NCBI GenBank assembly: GCA_039799905.1
Contig: JBDLRP010000021.1
Location: 96,001 to 160,000, forward strand
Direction of reading: 5' to 3'
Length of the DNA stretch: 64,000 bases
DNA from: Pseudomonadota bacterium
GTDB taxonomy: Bacteria > Bdellovibrionota_B > Oligoflexia > Silvanigrellales > Silvanigrellaceae
A program made the position numbers and the translations under genes. This document shows positions 39,551 through 49,282 of this stretch, piece after piece. Each line of letters begins with the position of its first letter. The first letter of the stretch is position 1. The notes beneath the pieces are model-generated. The model was not told the origin of the DNA, made no database searches, and saw only the letters and a list, made by a program, of their open reading frames with translations.

Positions 39551-40642
39551 ATGAGAATCCCGCTTATCAAGTTTAACCCGTATAATTTTGTACCCGTCAG
39601 CCGGACGCCTTGGGCAGGCCAGCTGATTGGAATAAGCAAAGTGAAAGGTCTGCCCGAGCCCAAGGGCGGATGGCCAGAGCGAATCGGAGAAAGTTGGGAG
39701 GTTTCGACAGACGCACAGTTTCCATCAACAGTTGTGTCTGCAAACATTCCTTCAGATAAACAGTTCTTTCTGACAGACTTGCTGAAGAATGATTCTGAAT
39801 ATTATCTCGGCTCACGGATGGCGCGCGACTTCGGATCCCATTGTCCGCTCCTACTCAAATGGCTCAATGCAAAAGAACCTTTGTCGGTTCAGGTTCATCC
39901 AAAGCATTCACACCCGATGCTCAAAGACAACGAATGCGGCAAGCCGGAAAGCTGGCTGGTTCTGAACAATTCAAACGGCGAAGGCTACGTATTTTTGGGC
40001 TTTAAGGATGGCCTCAGCAAAGACGAAATCATGACCGCGCTGCGTCAGGACCGTCCACGAGATGTCATGCACGTGGTCTATCCCAAGGTTGGAGATTACA
40101 TCTCCATCCCCACCGGATGCGTGCATGCCACTGGTCCCGGCGTTCTCATTGCAGAACCACAGTATGTTCTGCCTGCGAAGGCGGGAAAGACATGGCGACT
40201 CTCTGATTGGGGACGCCTTTACAACAGCAAAGGTGAGCAGGATCCACAGGGCCAACCGCGCGAGCTTCACATCAATGACGCGCTCAGCGCCATCGACTGG
40301 GAACTGCCACGCGGCAAAGATCTCGAACAGCTGCTGATTCGCAGACTCACACACGGACAAATCTTCCCTGGCAACCTACACAACCCGTTCCCTGTTCAGT
40401 ACTTCTGCAAGGCAGGAATCTATAAGTACTCGCCAATCGTCTCGGAGCAATTCTCTTTGGTGACGTGCTGGGAGGGCAAGATCCAGCTCATCGGCAAAGA
40501 CGGCGATGCCATCGTCCTGCGCGCCGGTGAAAGTGGTATGATAGCGGCGGGTGCCGGTGAAATCACCGTGGCACTTGAGGAACCCATCCCGCTACTCCGT
40601 CCAGAATGTGCTTTTTTTGCCTTTCAACCGATGTATCAGTGA
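39551..40642 (+). CDS. manA: Class I mannose-6-phosphate isomerase (cupin)
   Basis: PWAG, IGESWEVS, PLLLK.L.A...LSVQVHP, GKPESW, VHA, RELH. Confidence 0.85.
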   Translation: MRIPLIKFNPYNFVPVSRTPWAGQLIGISKVKGLPEPKGGWPERIGESWEVSTDAQFPSTVVSANIPSDKQFFLTDLLKNDSEYYLGSRMARDFGSHCPLLLKWLNAKEPLSVQVHPKHSHPMLKDNECGKPESWLVLNNSNGEGYVFLGFKDGLSKDEIMTALRQDRPRDVMHVVYPKVGDYISIPTGCVHATGPGVLIAEPQYVLPAKAGKTWRLSDWGRLYNSKGEQDPQGQPRELHINDALSAIDWELPRGKDLEQLLIRRLTHGQIFPGNLHNPFPVQYFCKAGIYKYSPIVSEQFSLVTCWEGKIQLIGKDGDAIVLRAGESGMIAAGAGEITVALEEPIPLLRPECAFFAFQPMYQ

Positions 40643-40653
40643 GGCACCTTCCC

Positions 40654-41262
40654 GTGGCAGTCATCAACGAAGAAACCAACGAAATACATCTCAAAATCCT
40701 TTTAATTGGCGCACAAGGCGCAGGCAAAACCACACACCTGCAAAGCCTGTACAAACAAACAGCCGGCGACCTTGCGACTCGGCTCTTCGACCTCCACGGC
40801 GTGTCCAGCCGCAATCCTTTTTTTGATTTTCTTCCGCTCACACTGGGTAAACACCACAGCCATGACGTGCGGGCTCATTTATATACGCTACCTCATCACA
40901 ATCTGCTCGACTCCATGAATCTCGCATTGCTGGCTGGAGCAGACGGCGCAGTGTTCATCGTTGACAGCAGACTTTCCAAGCTGCCGCAGAGTTCCGAGAA
41001 ATTCACAAAACTAAAAGAGTACGTGCGACTTGCGCACAAATCGATTGCCGACTTCCCGATCGTCGTGCAGTTCAACCACCGCGACGACCCACAGGCAGTC
41101 CCAATGGATGCGCTTCGAATCGCATTCCATTTGGAAAATTCACCGACTGTCGAATCAGTTGCGGTGCAAGACATCGGCACAGTCGAGAGCCTTGATGCAC
41201 TGACTGACATGATCCTCAACCACATGGAAGTGCCGGCACCACTTGACGCTGGATTAGTCTAA
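40654..41262 (+). CDS. MglA-family small GTPase paralogue (degenerate G motifs)
   Basis: IN....EI..KI...GAQGAGKTT.L, FFDFLPL.LG, HLYT.P, G.DG.VF..DS, QFNHRD; GTG start after GAGG. Confidence 0.9.
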   Translation: MAVINEETNEIHLKILLIGAQGAGKTTHLQSLYKQTAGDLATRLFDLHGVSSRNPFFDFLPLTLGKHHSHDVRAHLYTLPHHNLLDSMNLALLAGADGAVFIVDSRLSKLPQSSEKFTKLKEYVRLAHKSIADFPIVVQFNHRDDPQAVPMDALRIAFHLENSPTVESVAVQDIGTVESLDALTDMILNHMEVPAPLDAGLV

Positions 41263-41318
41263 ATACATTCATCGATAGACGAGCATGCGTGCAGGCTTCA
41301 GCAGAGCAGGGATGAAGT

Positions 41319-43169
41319 ATGAAAATTAAAATGCTCACTACAAGCATCCTATCGGCTTTATTGGTCGTCAGCGCATGCAAGCGCAACGGCGATGCACAGC
41401 CCGCTGCTCAAAGCAGCCCCAAAAACTACGATGTTGTTTTTGCGCAATGTCTCGCACCACAGGGAAACGGCGGCAACTACGCAGCGACTCTGACATGGGT
41501 CGGCGAACAGATTCATGTTCGGATTGCTGAAGCGAAGTCGCTTGCACAAAAAGGAAAGCGCGTTGGAATATACGCTGGGTGCATGCTCGGCGGCAGTTCA
41601 GGCAGTGTCACCACGGCCGTGCTGAGCGCAATTCTTTCCAACAAGAACCTATTGCCAAACAAGACCTCTCAGGACGTGCTCTCCATCGACGAAGCAACGC
41701 TGATTGCGAATGCAATGCGATTCGTCGCATTTTCAGTCGACCTCAATCTCCGCGAGCTTGTCCGGTTTTTCGGACAGGCCTTTTGGACTCAGGGCAGCAA
41801 CTTCATTAATCAAAACGCACTGCAGCCATTGATCTCAAATTTATTCGGAAAAGACACCCCCCATTGGTGGAAGGGTGCCACGGTCGATGCCTCCAAAGTG
41901 TTGGTCGATTTTGCGGCTACCATTCACCTTGCCTCCACACTCACTCCACAGCTTGTCAATAAAACCATCTCCTCGGCAATCGCAAATGCAGAACTCAAGG
42001 CTTATCAGGCGCAGGGAGTGAGATACGTTCACGAACTTCCCGAATTTGAATCGCTCAAAGAGATAGAAGCATTGACAGATCAAAACCACGAAGAATTGAG
42101 CACCGGTCTGCAGAAGCAGACACAATTCATTGGTCAGGCAGCTGATGATTTTGTCGCAAAACAGTTTTCGCTCGGCGACTATGCCCGTCGTCATCTTGTT
42201 GATTTGGGCGCCAAAGGGGGAAATTACAAACTTAAAAAAACAATCGACGCACCTCTGGCGACGGGCCTTTGTACGACAACCATGGCAACACTGGTCAGGA
42301 GCAATGAATCTCTGCAGAAACAGCCGATGTACAAAAATCTAAATCCGGTTGTCTTTTGCTCAAAGGAAACAATCAACCGAATACTTTCTTCATCACTCTA
42401 CCAGAAACATATTGCTGAAGGACACCCGTTTGCCACGCGCTTCATTCTCGCATCCGTGCCAACCATCCGCGGAGGCATCGTGCCGAGTATCCGCGAACCC
42501 AACATGATGGCCCCTCTGCGCAGTCGACTTGCGGATGATGAACTTGAGGTGAGCGAATTTTACTTCCCAGCAATGGACAAAGAACTAAACGGTTCTTTCA
42601 CCTTCACACCCATGAATGCTCGGCAGGTGAAAAAGGGGGCAACCGAATTTGTGCCGCATCTGGGAGTCGCGGGCGGATTTCCCGATCGCCGTATCTCAGC
42701 ATGGATCGCCTCCTATTTTTTGGTGGACGCTGTCACCAGACATTTATCTGCAAAAGCAGCTGAGGTGCGCACGACCCTGAGTCTGTTTGGACGCGATAAT
42801 CTGAGAAGCAACCCTGCCTTTCACAAAAACGCCGTAAAGAACGTCTTCTCTGCCTCCCCGTCCGAGGGTGATCAAAATCTGGCAGACTGGATGAGCTTTG
42901 CGGATTCCTTCTGCGACACGATGGGTTCTCACATCGAAAACACTCTGAAAGGAAAAATAGAAAACGTCATCGTGGATTGGGAGGTTTCAAAGCTTCCAGC
43001 TGCACAAAAACCAGGTGGGGCTTCCAAACTTCTGGTCGTACGGGCTATTAATGCAACGAGAACACAGACGCACTCTATTGCAAGGAACACGAGGCTTGTT
43101 TTCGATCCGCTGCTCAAAACAGAACAGAGCTCGCGACTGTTTCAGTCAAATCCCTGCAAAGAACAGTGA
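41319..43169 (+). CDS. Lipoprotein with divergent patatin-like motifs
   Basis: Lipobox VSAC; LAPQGNGG, GGSSG (GxSxG), VAGGFPD. Confidence 0.6.
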   Translation: MKIKMLTTSILSALLVVSACKRNGDAQPAAQSSPKNYDVVFAQCLAPQGNGGNYAATLTWVGEQIHVRIAEAKSLAQKGKRVGIYAGCMLGGSSGSVTTAVLSAILSNKNLLPNKTSQDVLSIDEATLIANAMRFVAFSVDLNLRELVRFFGQAFWTQGSNFINQNALQPLISNLFGKDTPHWWKGATVDASKVLVDFAATIHLASTLTPQLVNKTISSAIANAELKAYQAQGVRYVHELPEFESLKEIEALTDQNHEELSTGLQKQTQFIGQAADDFVAKQFSLGDYARRHLVDLGAKGGNYKLKKTIDAPLATGLCTTTMATLVRSNESLQKQPMYKNLNPVVFCSKETINRILSSSLYQKHIAEGHPFATRFILASVPTIRGGIVPSIREPNMMAPLRSRLADDELEVSEFYFPAMDKELNGSFTFTPMNARQVKKGATEFVPHLGVAGGFPDRRISAWIASYFLVDAVTRHLSAKAAEVRTTLSLFGRDNLRSNPAFHKNAVKNVFSASPSEGDQNLADWMSFADSFCDTMGSHIENTLKGKIENVIVDWEVSKLPAAQKPGGASKLLVVRAINATRTQTHSIARNTRLVFDPLLKTEQSSRLFQSNPCKEQ

Positions 43170-43208
43170 CAAGCACGAGTCAGGTTGAGCAAACAAACCT
43201 TCAGACTG

Positions 43209-44462
43209 TCACTCCGGATGAAGAATTCCTGCCAAGAGAAGAGACCAACTGTCGCCGCGAATCTTCTCGCGTGGGGTGAGTGACAAACGATCGTCCTGCA
43301 AAAGCAAGAGTCCCTCATCGAGCGCTCGGCGAACGCGCGAATCTCCCCAAAGAGCCGCTAAACTCGAATCTTCGTAAACAGAACTGAGCCACGCCAGGGG
43401 GATGCCATTGCGGGTGCGCAAAAGCGTCATGAGAAGCTCTTGCAAAGCATCATTTCGGGAACGGGCATCTTCGGAAAAATCAAATGTGAAGAGTTGCTCT
43501 GCATCGCTTGCGAACGGCATGAGATCGTCACCGAGGTTACGTCGGAGAGTCGACGGTCCGACCCTATAGCGGCGTCCAAAGGGATGCTCTGCAGTCGGCG
43601 GAAGGAGCCCGTGCGCTCCTGTTCCAAGCCCGAGATAGGGAAGACCATACCAATAAAGGCGGTTGTGGACCGGCGCTGAAAGTGAAAAATTGCTTGTTTC
43701 ATGTTGAATGAAACCTGCTGCTCCGCAGGTCGCAATAATACTTTCATACTCAGCGATGACAACGTTATCCTCTGCTGTCGACTCAGAGGAAAACGGCGTG
43801 GTCTCTTCGATGGTCAACAGATAGCAGGACACTCCGGTTGAGCCGCAATCTCGAAGCTGATTTATTTCATCAGAGATTAATCTTTGCGATGCAAGGCTTT
43901 TGACCCCAAAAATCAGATCGGCTTGAACCTGCTTGAATCCTGCGGCGAGCGCTGAGCGCACGTTTTTCAAAATTTGCTCTGCAGTGTGCTTGCGTCCGAG
44001 ATACTTCAAGACGTCAGGATTGAGTGATTGCGCCCCCAGTGTCATGCGGGTTGCACCAAGCGCAGTCCATTCTGAAAAAGCTTTGTTCGAATTGGTGAAG
44101 GGATTGGTCTCGACGGTAAATTCCTCGATGCGAAATCTGGACGAAATCTTTTGGATTAAAGGCTGATAATATGCCGCAGGAAAAAGGCTGGGTGTTCCTC
44201 CGCCCAGATAAACAGTGACCGTCGTGATGTCATCAGGGACCTGCGTGCAAAGAACATCGAACTGCACAATCAATTGAGAAAAATAAGCTGACACATCGGC
44301 GCGCGAAAACTTGGCCGTCTTGACGAAATCACAATACGGACAAATGTGCGGACAGAAAGGCACATGTACATAGATGCCCAAACGTGATTCCGCTGCAAAA
44401 TCCGCCGCGAGTCCGCTGGCGCGAAAAAAAGATTCGGTCATCAGCTGTGTGTTGCTGTTCAT
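43209..44462 (-). CDS. hemW: Radical SAM heme chaperone HemW (HemN-like)
   Basis: YVHVPFCPHICPYCDF, GGGTPS, HNRLYW (HNxxYW) signature. Confidence 0.85.
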   Translation of the reverse strand: MNSNTQLMTESFFRASGLAADFAAESRLGIYVHVPFCPHICPYCDFVKTAKFSRADVSAYFSQLIVQFDVLCTQVPDDITTVTVYLGGGTPSLFPAAYYQPLIQKISSRFRIEEFTVETNPFTNSNKAFSEWTALGATRMTLGAQSLNPDVLKYLGRKHTAEQILKNVRSALAAGFKQVQADLIFGVKSLASQRLISDEINQLRDCGSTGVSCYLLTIEETTPFSSESTAEDNVVIAEYESIIATCGAAGFIQHETSNFSLSAPVHNRLYWYGLPYLGLGTGAHGLLPPTAEHPFGRRYRVGPSTLRRNLGDDLMPFASDAEQLFTFDFSEDARSRNDALQELLMTLLRTRNGIPLAWLSSVYEDSSLAALWGDSRVRRALDEGLLLLQDDRLSLTPREKIRGDSWSLLLAGILHPE

Positions 44463-44498
44463 GACCGAATCCCTTCGCACTGAAAACTATCGAGCACT

Positions 44499-45830
44499 TC
44501 AGCCTTCACAGGTAATCGACAAAGACGAGACTGCGATTGCCGGACAGACGCCGCCGGAAGCGCGTTCTTGCTTGTTGTCAACTGCGGTGATCGATTGCAG
44601 CAGTGTCAGAATGTCTCCGGCGACCGTGACACCCTCGAGACTTTCTCTTTTGCCGTTGCGCTGCCGGTAGCCCAGAAAAGGAAGAGAAAAAGAACCCTGC
44701 AGCGGATTGACGCCTGCGTGCAGTGCCTCAAGTTCGTCGATCCAAATACAATCATCAGCTGCGTTGCCCAGTCCGTTGCCTGCGGCAACGTTGTAGAACC
44801 ACGGACCGACCGACATTTTTGCTCCGACGCGCGCGTGTCCGGTTTTGCCGGCATTGAAAACCTTGGCAGACACTGAATGGTGCCACAGACCCGTCAGCGA
44901 GCCGCGGTCCAAAAGCACTGTTCTGCGCACTGCCGTGCCTTCGCCGTCAAAGAGAGCCGGACTGACGTTCAACGGGTGCAACGGATCGTCGCTCACCGAC
45001 AGCAACGGGCTCGCAACCGAAGTGCCAAGGCTTTCTTTTGAATGCAGTGACTGTTGGTCGAGAATATTTTGCGCATTGAACAGATTTGAAAACGCATCCA
45101 GCAGATCCAAAAATGCGTGCCCCGAAAACACCACCGGATATTGTCCGGACTGAATTTTTACAGGGTGCAGATGCGAAACCAGCAGCTCACCCGCCGTTTT
45201 CGCAACATCGCCGATGTTGAGGTCCGGCAGCGAAAGTGCATGATTCCAATGACCTGCTGCACGGGGCTTGTGGCCTTGCGCCTGACCGCGCGCATAAAGA
45301 TATGTGGACACCGACCCACCGCTTTGTCTGCGGATCAATCCGTCACTGTTTGCATAGAATCGATCCATCCGCCTTTGCGAGACCGCATTGTAAGGCACGC
45401 CCGTAATATCTGCGTGCATGCCCTTCAATTGACGGACCCCCGCAAGCAGCGAATCGCTCAGATCGTGCAGAGGCACTGGCGCAGATGCGGATGCTGAAAG
45501 AGCAGGAAGTGATTCTGCATGCACCGCAACAGGTAACTCCGGAAGGCTGTCGGCCGGACCCAATGCAGCTGATTCCAGCGCGACATCGATCGCATTTAAA
45601 ATCTCGTTTTGCTCGAGCGAGGTGATCTGCACGACACCGACACGCCCATCGGTGTTCCAAACACGCAATGTAGCATTGGTGCGCTGGGATGCCGATTGAT
45701 CCAAACTCTCGTCCTCTTTTATTTTGACCGTTTGATCTTCAACTCCGGAGCCTGAGATATCGAATCGAATTTCGGGTCTCGCACGGGCAATTGAATTCAC
45801 CAGACTTTGAACATCCATCTGTGCAGCCAT
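44499..45830 (-). CDS. pmbA: TldE/PmbA family protein
   Basis: SGQYPVVF, FDGEG, LHAGVN..QGSFSLP, VAGD; no HExxxH; follows tldD. Confidence 0.9.
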   Translation of the reverse strand: MAAQMDVQSLVNSIARARPEIRFDISGSGVEDQTVKIKEDESLDQSASQRTNATLRVWNTDGRVGVVQITSLEQNEILNAIDVALESAALGPADSLPELPVAVHAESLPALSASASAPVPLHDLSDSLLAGVRQLKGMHADITGVPYNAVSQRRMDRFYANSDGLIRRQSGGSVSTYLYARGQAQGHKPRAAGHWNHALSLPDLNIGDVAKTAGELLVSHLHPVKIQSGQYPVVFSGHAFLDLLDAFSNLFNAQNILDQQSLHSKESLGTSVASPLLSVSDDPLHPLNVSPALFDGEGTAVRRTVLLDRGSLTGLWHHSVSAKVFNAGKTGHARVGAKMSVGPWFYNVAAGNGLGNAADDCIWIDELEALHAGVNPLQGSFSLPFLGYRQRNGKRESLEGVTVAGDILTLLQSITAVDNKQERASGGVCPAIAVSSLSITCEG

Positions 45831-45831
45831 C

Positions 45832-47307
45832 TTACGCACGACCTCCGACTGTAATATTGTCCACCTTCAAATGAGGCTGGCCGACTGTTGTGTAGATTGT
45901 CCCGCTTACCGATCCGCAGAACCCAGGTGCAAGTTCGATATCGTTGGCACATGCGGAAATCTTCTTCATGATGTCGACCGCCGTTCCAATCAGAGTCGCC
46001 CCCTTGACTGGCTTGCCAATTTTACCTTTTTCAATCACGTAGGCTTCGCCCACAGCGAAATTGAATTCTCCGGTTGCGCCAACACTGCCGCCACCCATCT
46101 TCTTGCAATAAAGGCCAGAATCAATTCCAGCGATGAGTTCTTCTGGGGTATGTTCACCCGGCGCAATAAATGTATTGCGCATCCGGCTTGCTGCGGCAAA
46201 CGAAAAATTTTGCCGTCGGCCGCTGCCAGTGCGTGGATGTCCAAAACGCATTGCACCTGCTCGATCGGCAATGAAATTGCGCAGGATTCCATTTTCGATG
46301 AGAAGAGTGGATTGCGCGGGCATTCCTTCGTCATCCATGTCGGTCGAGCCGAACGCTCCTTCGGTCACACCTTCATCCCATGCAGTCAAATTCTCATGGG
46401 CTATCTGCTGTCCCAAGGAGTCCGCAAACGGAGTGGTCTTGCGTTCGATTTGCGTCGTTTCCAGCAGGTGCCCGCACGCTTCATGAAAGATGACTCCGCC
46501 AAAGCGGTTCGCCATGATCAGCGGATATTGTCCGGCTGAAACGTATTGTGCGCGCAGCATGACAGCCGCGGAATTTGCGAGGTCTTCAATGACAGGATTC
46601 ATGTCGACTGTTTTGAGAAAATCAGGAACTCCCGTCGAGGCCCTCTGCTCATGCAGCGAGGTGCGGTCGGCACCGTCGACACAGTTGACCCCAAGCCGAG
46701 AGAGCTGATGCAGACGAATGTCGCGTGCAAACACACCATCGGATGCCGCCACCAGAACTTCCTGCCAATCACGAAAAGCGGCCACTTGGTCGCTCTGCAG
46801 GTGTTGGACTTTTTTTCTCACGAGGGAGGACTGGGCCAGGAGTCGCTCCGAAAGTTCGGCAACACCCGCGCAGGCAGACAACCAACTGTCTTTTTTCTTC
46901 AGTGCTGCGAAATCGCGCAATGGCTCGAGCTGAACGTCACGACCCAAGGACGAACCCATCCGCGACGAGCAGCCCAACATGCCGAGTGCCTGATCGACCG
47001 CCCAACGCAGCCCAGACAGAGTCACGTCGTTCGTGCTGACGTACACATCCTGCTTCCCCTTGAAGCAGCGGACTCCGGCGCCCAATGAAAATGCCGGCGC
47101 CACGGCGGTCACCTTGCCGTTTTCAGTGGTCACCCGAAGGCTATTGCGACGCTCGAGAAATACTTCGGCGAAATCTGCGCCCGAACGGCGCGCGTGCCCG
47201 AGAATAAGCGAAAGCAACGGACGCCATGACTCACCAAAAGGTCCATCCGCAGGCGCCTGAATGCTGGAAAAACTGGCCTCAAAATCTCTTTGCAGAAGCG
47301 GTCTCAT
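45832..47307 (-). CDS. tldD: TldD metalloprotease
   Basis: GADFAEVF, FHEACGH.LE, DDEG, GSGRRQ, RMRNT, GFCG, VGQP. Confidence 0.94.
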   Translation of the reverse strand: MRPLLQRDFEASFSSIQAPADGPFGESWRPLLSLILGHARRSGADFAEVFLERRNSLRVTTENGKVTAVAPAFSLGAGVRCFKGKQDVYVSTNDVTLSGLRWAVDQALGMLGCSSRMGSSLGRDVQLEPLRDFAALKKKDSWLSACAGVAELSERLLAQSSLVRKKVQHLQSDQVAAFRDWQEVLVAASDGVFARDIRLHQLSRLGVNCVDGADRTSLHEQRASTGVPDFLKTVDMNPVIEDLANSAAVMLRAQYVSAGQYPLIMANRFGGVIFHEACGHLLETTQIERKTTPFADSLGQQIAHENLTAWDEGVTEGAFGSTDMDDEGMPAQSTLLIENGILRNFIADRAGAMRFGHPRTGSGRRQNFSFAAASRMRNTFIAPGEHTPEELIAGIDSGLYCKKMGGGSVGATGEFNFAVGEAYVIEKGKIGKPVKGATLIGTAVDIMKKISACANDIELAPGFCGSVSGTIYTTVGQPHLKVDNITVGGRA

Positions 47308-47436
47308 ATCGACGGCTCTCCCTTTGACGCGAACTTCTTGTCTGACAAGTCTGCTGTGGTAGACAAAGAAGTCTGATATGTATGCGCGAAGCTACAGTCA
47401 TGACCCAAACTCTGACCGGACACAAGGACACCAAAA

Positions 47437-49212
47437 ATGACAGCCCTTCGGAGCCACACCTGCGGAGAACTCAACGCCAGCGCCATCGGCCGGACCGTCC
47501 GGTTGATGGGTTTTGCACATGCCGTGCGCAACCTTGGCGGCCTATTGTTTATTGATCTCCGAGATCACTATGGAATCACGCAGGTTGTCATTCATCCCGA
47601 GCAGCCTTTTTTTGCGAGTGCAAGCCAATTGCGCGCTGAGTCGGTGATTTCCGTACACGGTGAGGTACGCCGCAGGGAGTCGGTCAACAACAAGATTCCG
47701 ACGGGCGAAATAGAGGTCATCTGCTCGGAATATGAGCTGGAATCCGCGTCCGAAATTCTGCCCTTTCCTGTTGCACATAATCCCAAAGAAGAGAGCGAAG
47801 ACACGCGGCTCAAATATCGTTTCCTCGATCTGCGCACCGAAAAAATGCACAAAAACATCATTTTCCGCTCAAAGTTTATTCACCATGTGCGCAATAAGAT
47901 GGTGGAGTTGGGATTCATGGAGTTCCAGACACCGATTTTGACAAGCAGTTCACCTGAAGGCGCGCGCGACTTTCTGGTTCCAAGCCGTCTCCATCCCGGC
48001 CACTTCTACGCTCTGCCGCAGGCTCCCCAGCAGTTCAAGCAATTGCTGATGTGCTCCGGTTTTGATCGTTATTTTCAGATCGCACCCTGCTTTCGAGATG
48101 AAGATGCACGCGCCGATCGCAGCCCCGGAGAATTTTATCAGCTTGACGTCGAGATGGCCTTCGCGACTCAAGAGGAAATTTTCACGGTCATCGAAAAGCT
48201 GATGGTGGATTTATTTACGCAGTTTTCTGAACGGCCTATCCTTGGCAATCCGTTTCCGCGCATCCCCTACAAAACAGCCCTCGAAAGCTACGGCTCCGAC
48301 AAGCCCGACCTGCGCTATGGGCTTGAAATGCACGACGTACGAGATGTTTTTGCCAACACGGGCTTTGAGGTCTTTCAAAAAATTCTTCAGGCTCCGCGCG
48401 GCGTACTCAGGGCCATTCGCATTCCGGCCGGAGCGGCGCAGAGTCGAAAATTCTTTGACGATGCACAGGCTCAGGCCCGCGTGTTCGGATTGGGTGGATT
48501 GCCCTACCTGACGCTCAAAGACGGCGAATGGAAAGGAAGCATCGTCAAGCAGACCAGCGAAGATGAACGCGCTGCGCTTGCAAAAAAACTGCAGACTGAA
48601 AATGGTGACGCGGTTGTGTTTATTGTCGGGGATGACTCACGCGTCTGCCTGACGATGGGCGGAAAGCTGCGCACATGGCTGGCAGATACGCTCAAGATTG
48701 AGAAGAAACACGGCTGGGCCTTTTGCTGGATCGTCGATTTTCCGTTCTATGAGTGGAATGAAGACGAACAGAAAATTGATTTTTGCCACAACCCGTTTTC
48801 CATGCCGCAGGGTGGGCTCGATGCTCTCGCATCTCAAGACCCGCTCGACATTCTGGCCTACCAGTACGACATCGTTTGCAACGGCGTAGAACTCTCTTCC
48901 GGTGCCATCCGCAATCATCGGCGCGACGTCATGAGAAAGGCATTCGAGATTGCAGGCTACAGCGAGACAGAAATTGAAACTCGGTTTCCTGCTCTGTGGA
49001 ACGCATTTTCATATGGACCGCCTCCGCACGGAGGAATTGCCCCCGGCATTGACCGCATGATCATGTTACTTTTGGATGAGCCCAATATTCGCCAAGTCAT
49101 TGCCTTCCCACTGAACCAAAAGGGGCAAGATTTGCTGATGAACGCGCCATCACCAGTGAAAGAAAAGCAACTGCGTGACGTTCACATTGCGCTGCGCGAT
49201 TCGTCAAAATAG
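47437..49212 (+). CDS. aspS: Aspartate--tRNA ligase
   Basis: [54 protein letters not shown]. Confidence 0.98.
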   Translation: MTALRSHTCGELNASAIGRTVRLMGFAHAVRNLGGLLFIDLRDHYGITQVVIHPEQPFFASASQLRAESVISVHGEVRRRESVNNKIPTGEIEVICSEYELESASEILPFPVAHNPKEESEDTRLKYRFLDLRTEKMHKNIIFRSKFIHHVRNKMVELGFMEFQTPILTSSSPEGARDFLVPSRLHPGHFYALPQAPQQFKQLLMCSGFDRYFQIAPCFRDEDARADRSPGEFYQLDVEMAFATQEEIFTVIEKLMVDLFTQFSERPILGNPFPRIPYKTALESYGSDKPDLRYGLEMHDVRDVFANTGFEVFQKILQAPRGVLRAIRIPAGAAQSRKFFDDAQAQARVFGLGGLPYLTLKDGEWKGSIVKQTSEDERAALAKKLQTENGDAVVFIVGDDSRVCLTMGGKLRTWLADTLKIEKKHGWAFCWIVDFPFYEWNEDEQKIDFCHNPFSMPQGGLDALASQDPLDILAYQYDIVCNGVELSSGAIRNHRRDVMRKAFEIAGYSETEIETRFPALWNAFSYGPPPHGGIAPGIDRMIMLLLDEPNIRQVIAFPLNQKGQDLLMNAPSPVKEKQLRDVHIALRDSSK

Positions 49213-49282
49213 TTTCACCCCCTCTGCAGCACATCCTCCGGCCACAGTACACTGACAGTGCACTCATGTTCGGAGGCAATTC

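Noticed and set aside
43209..47307. Radical SAM plus TldD/E as a RiPP biosynthetic cluster
   Set aside because: The radical SAM has HemW signatures, with no SPASM domain, precursor peptide, YcaO or exporter nearby.
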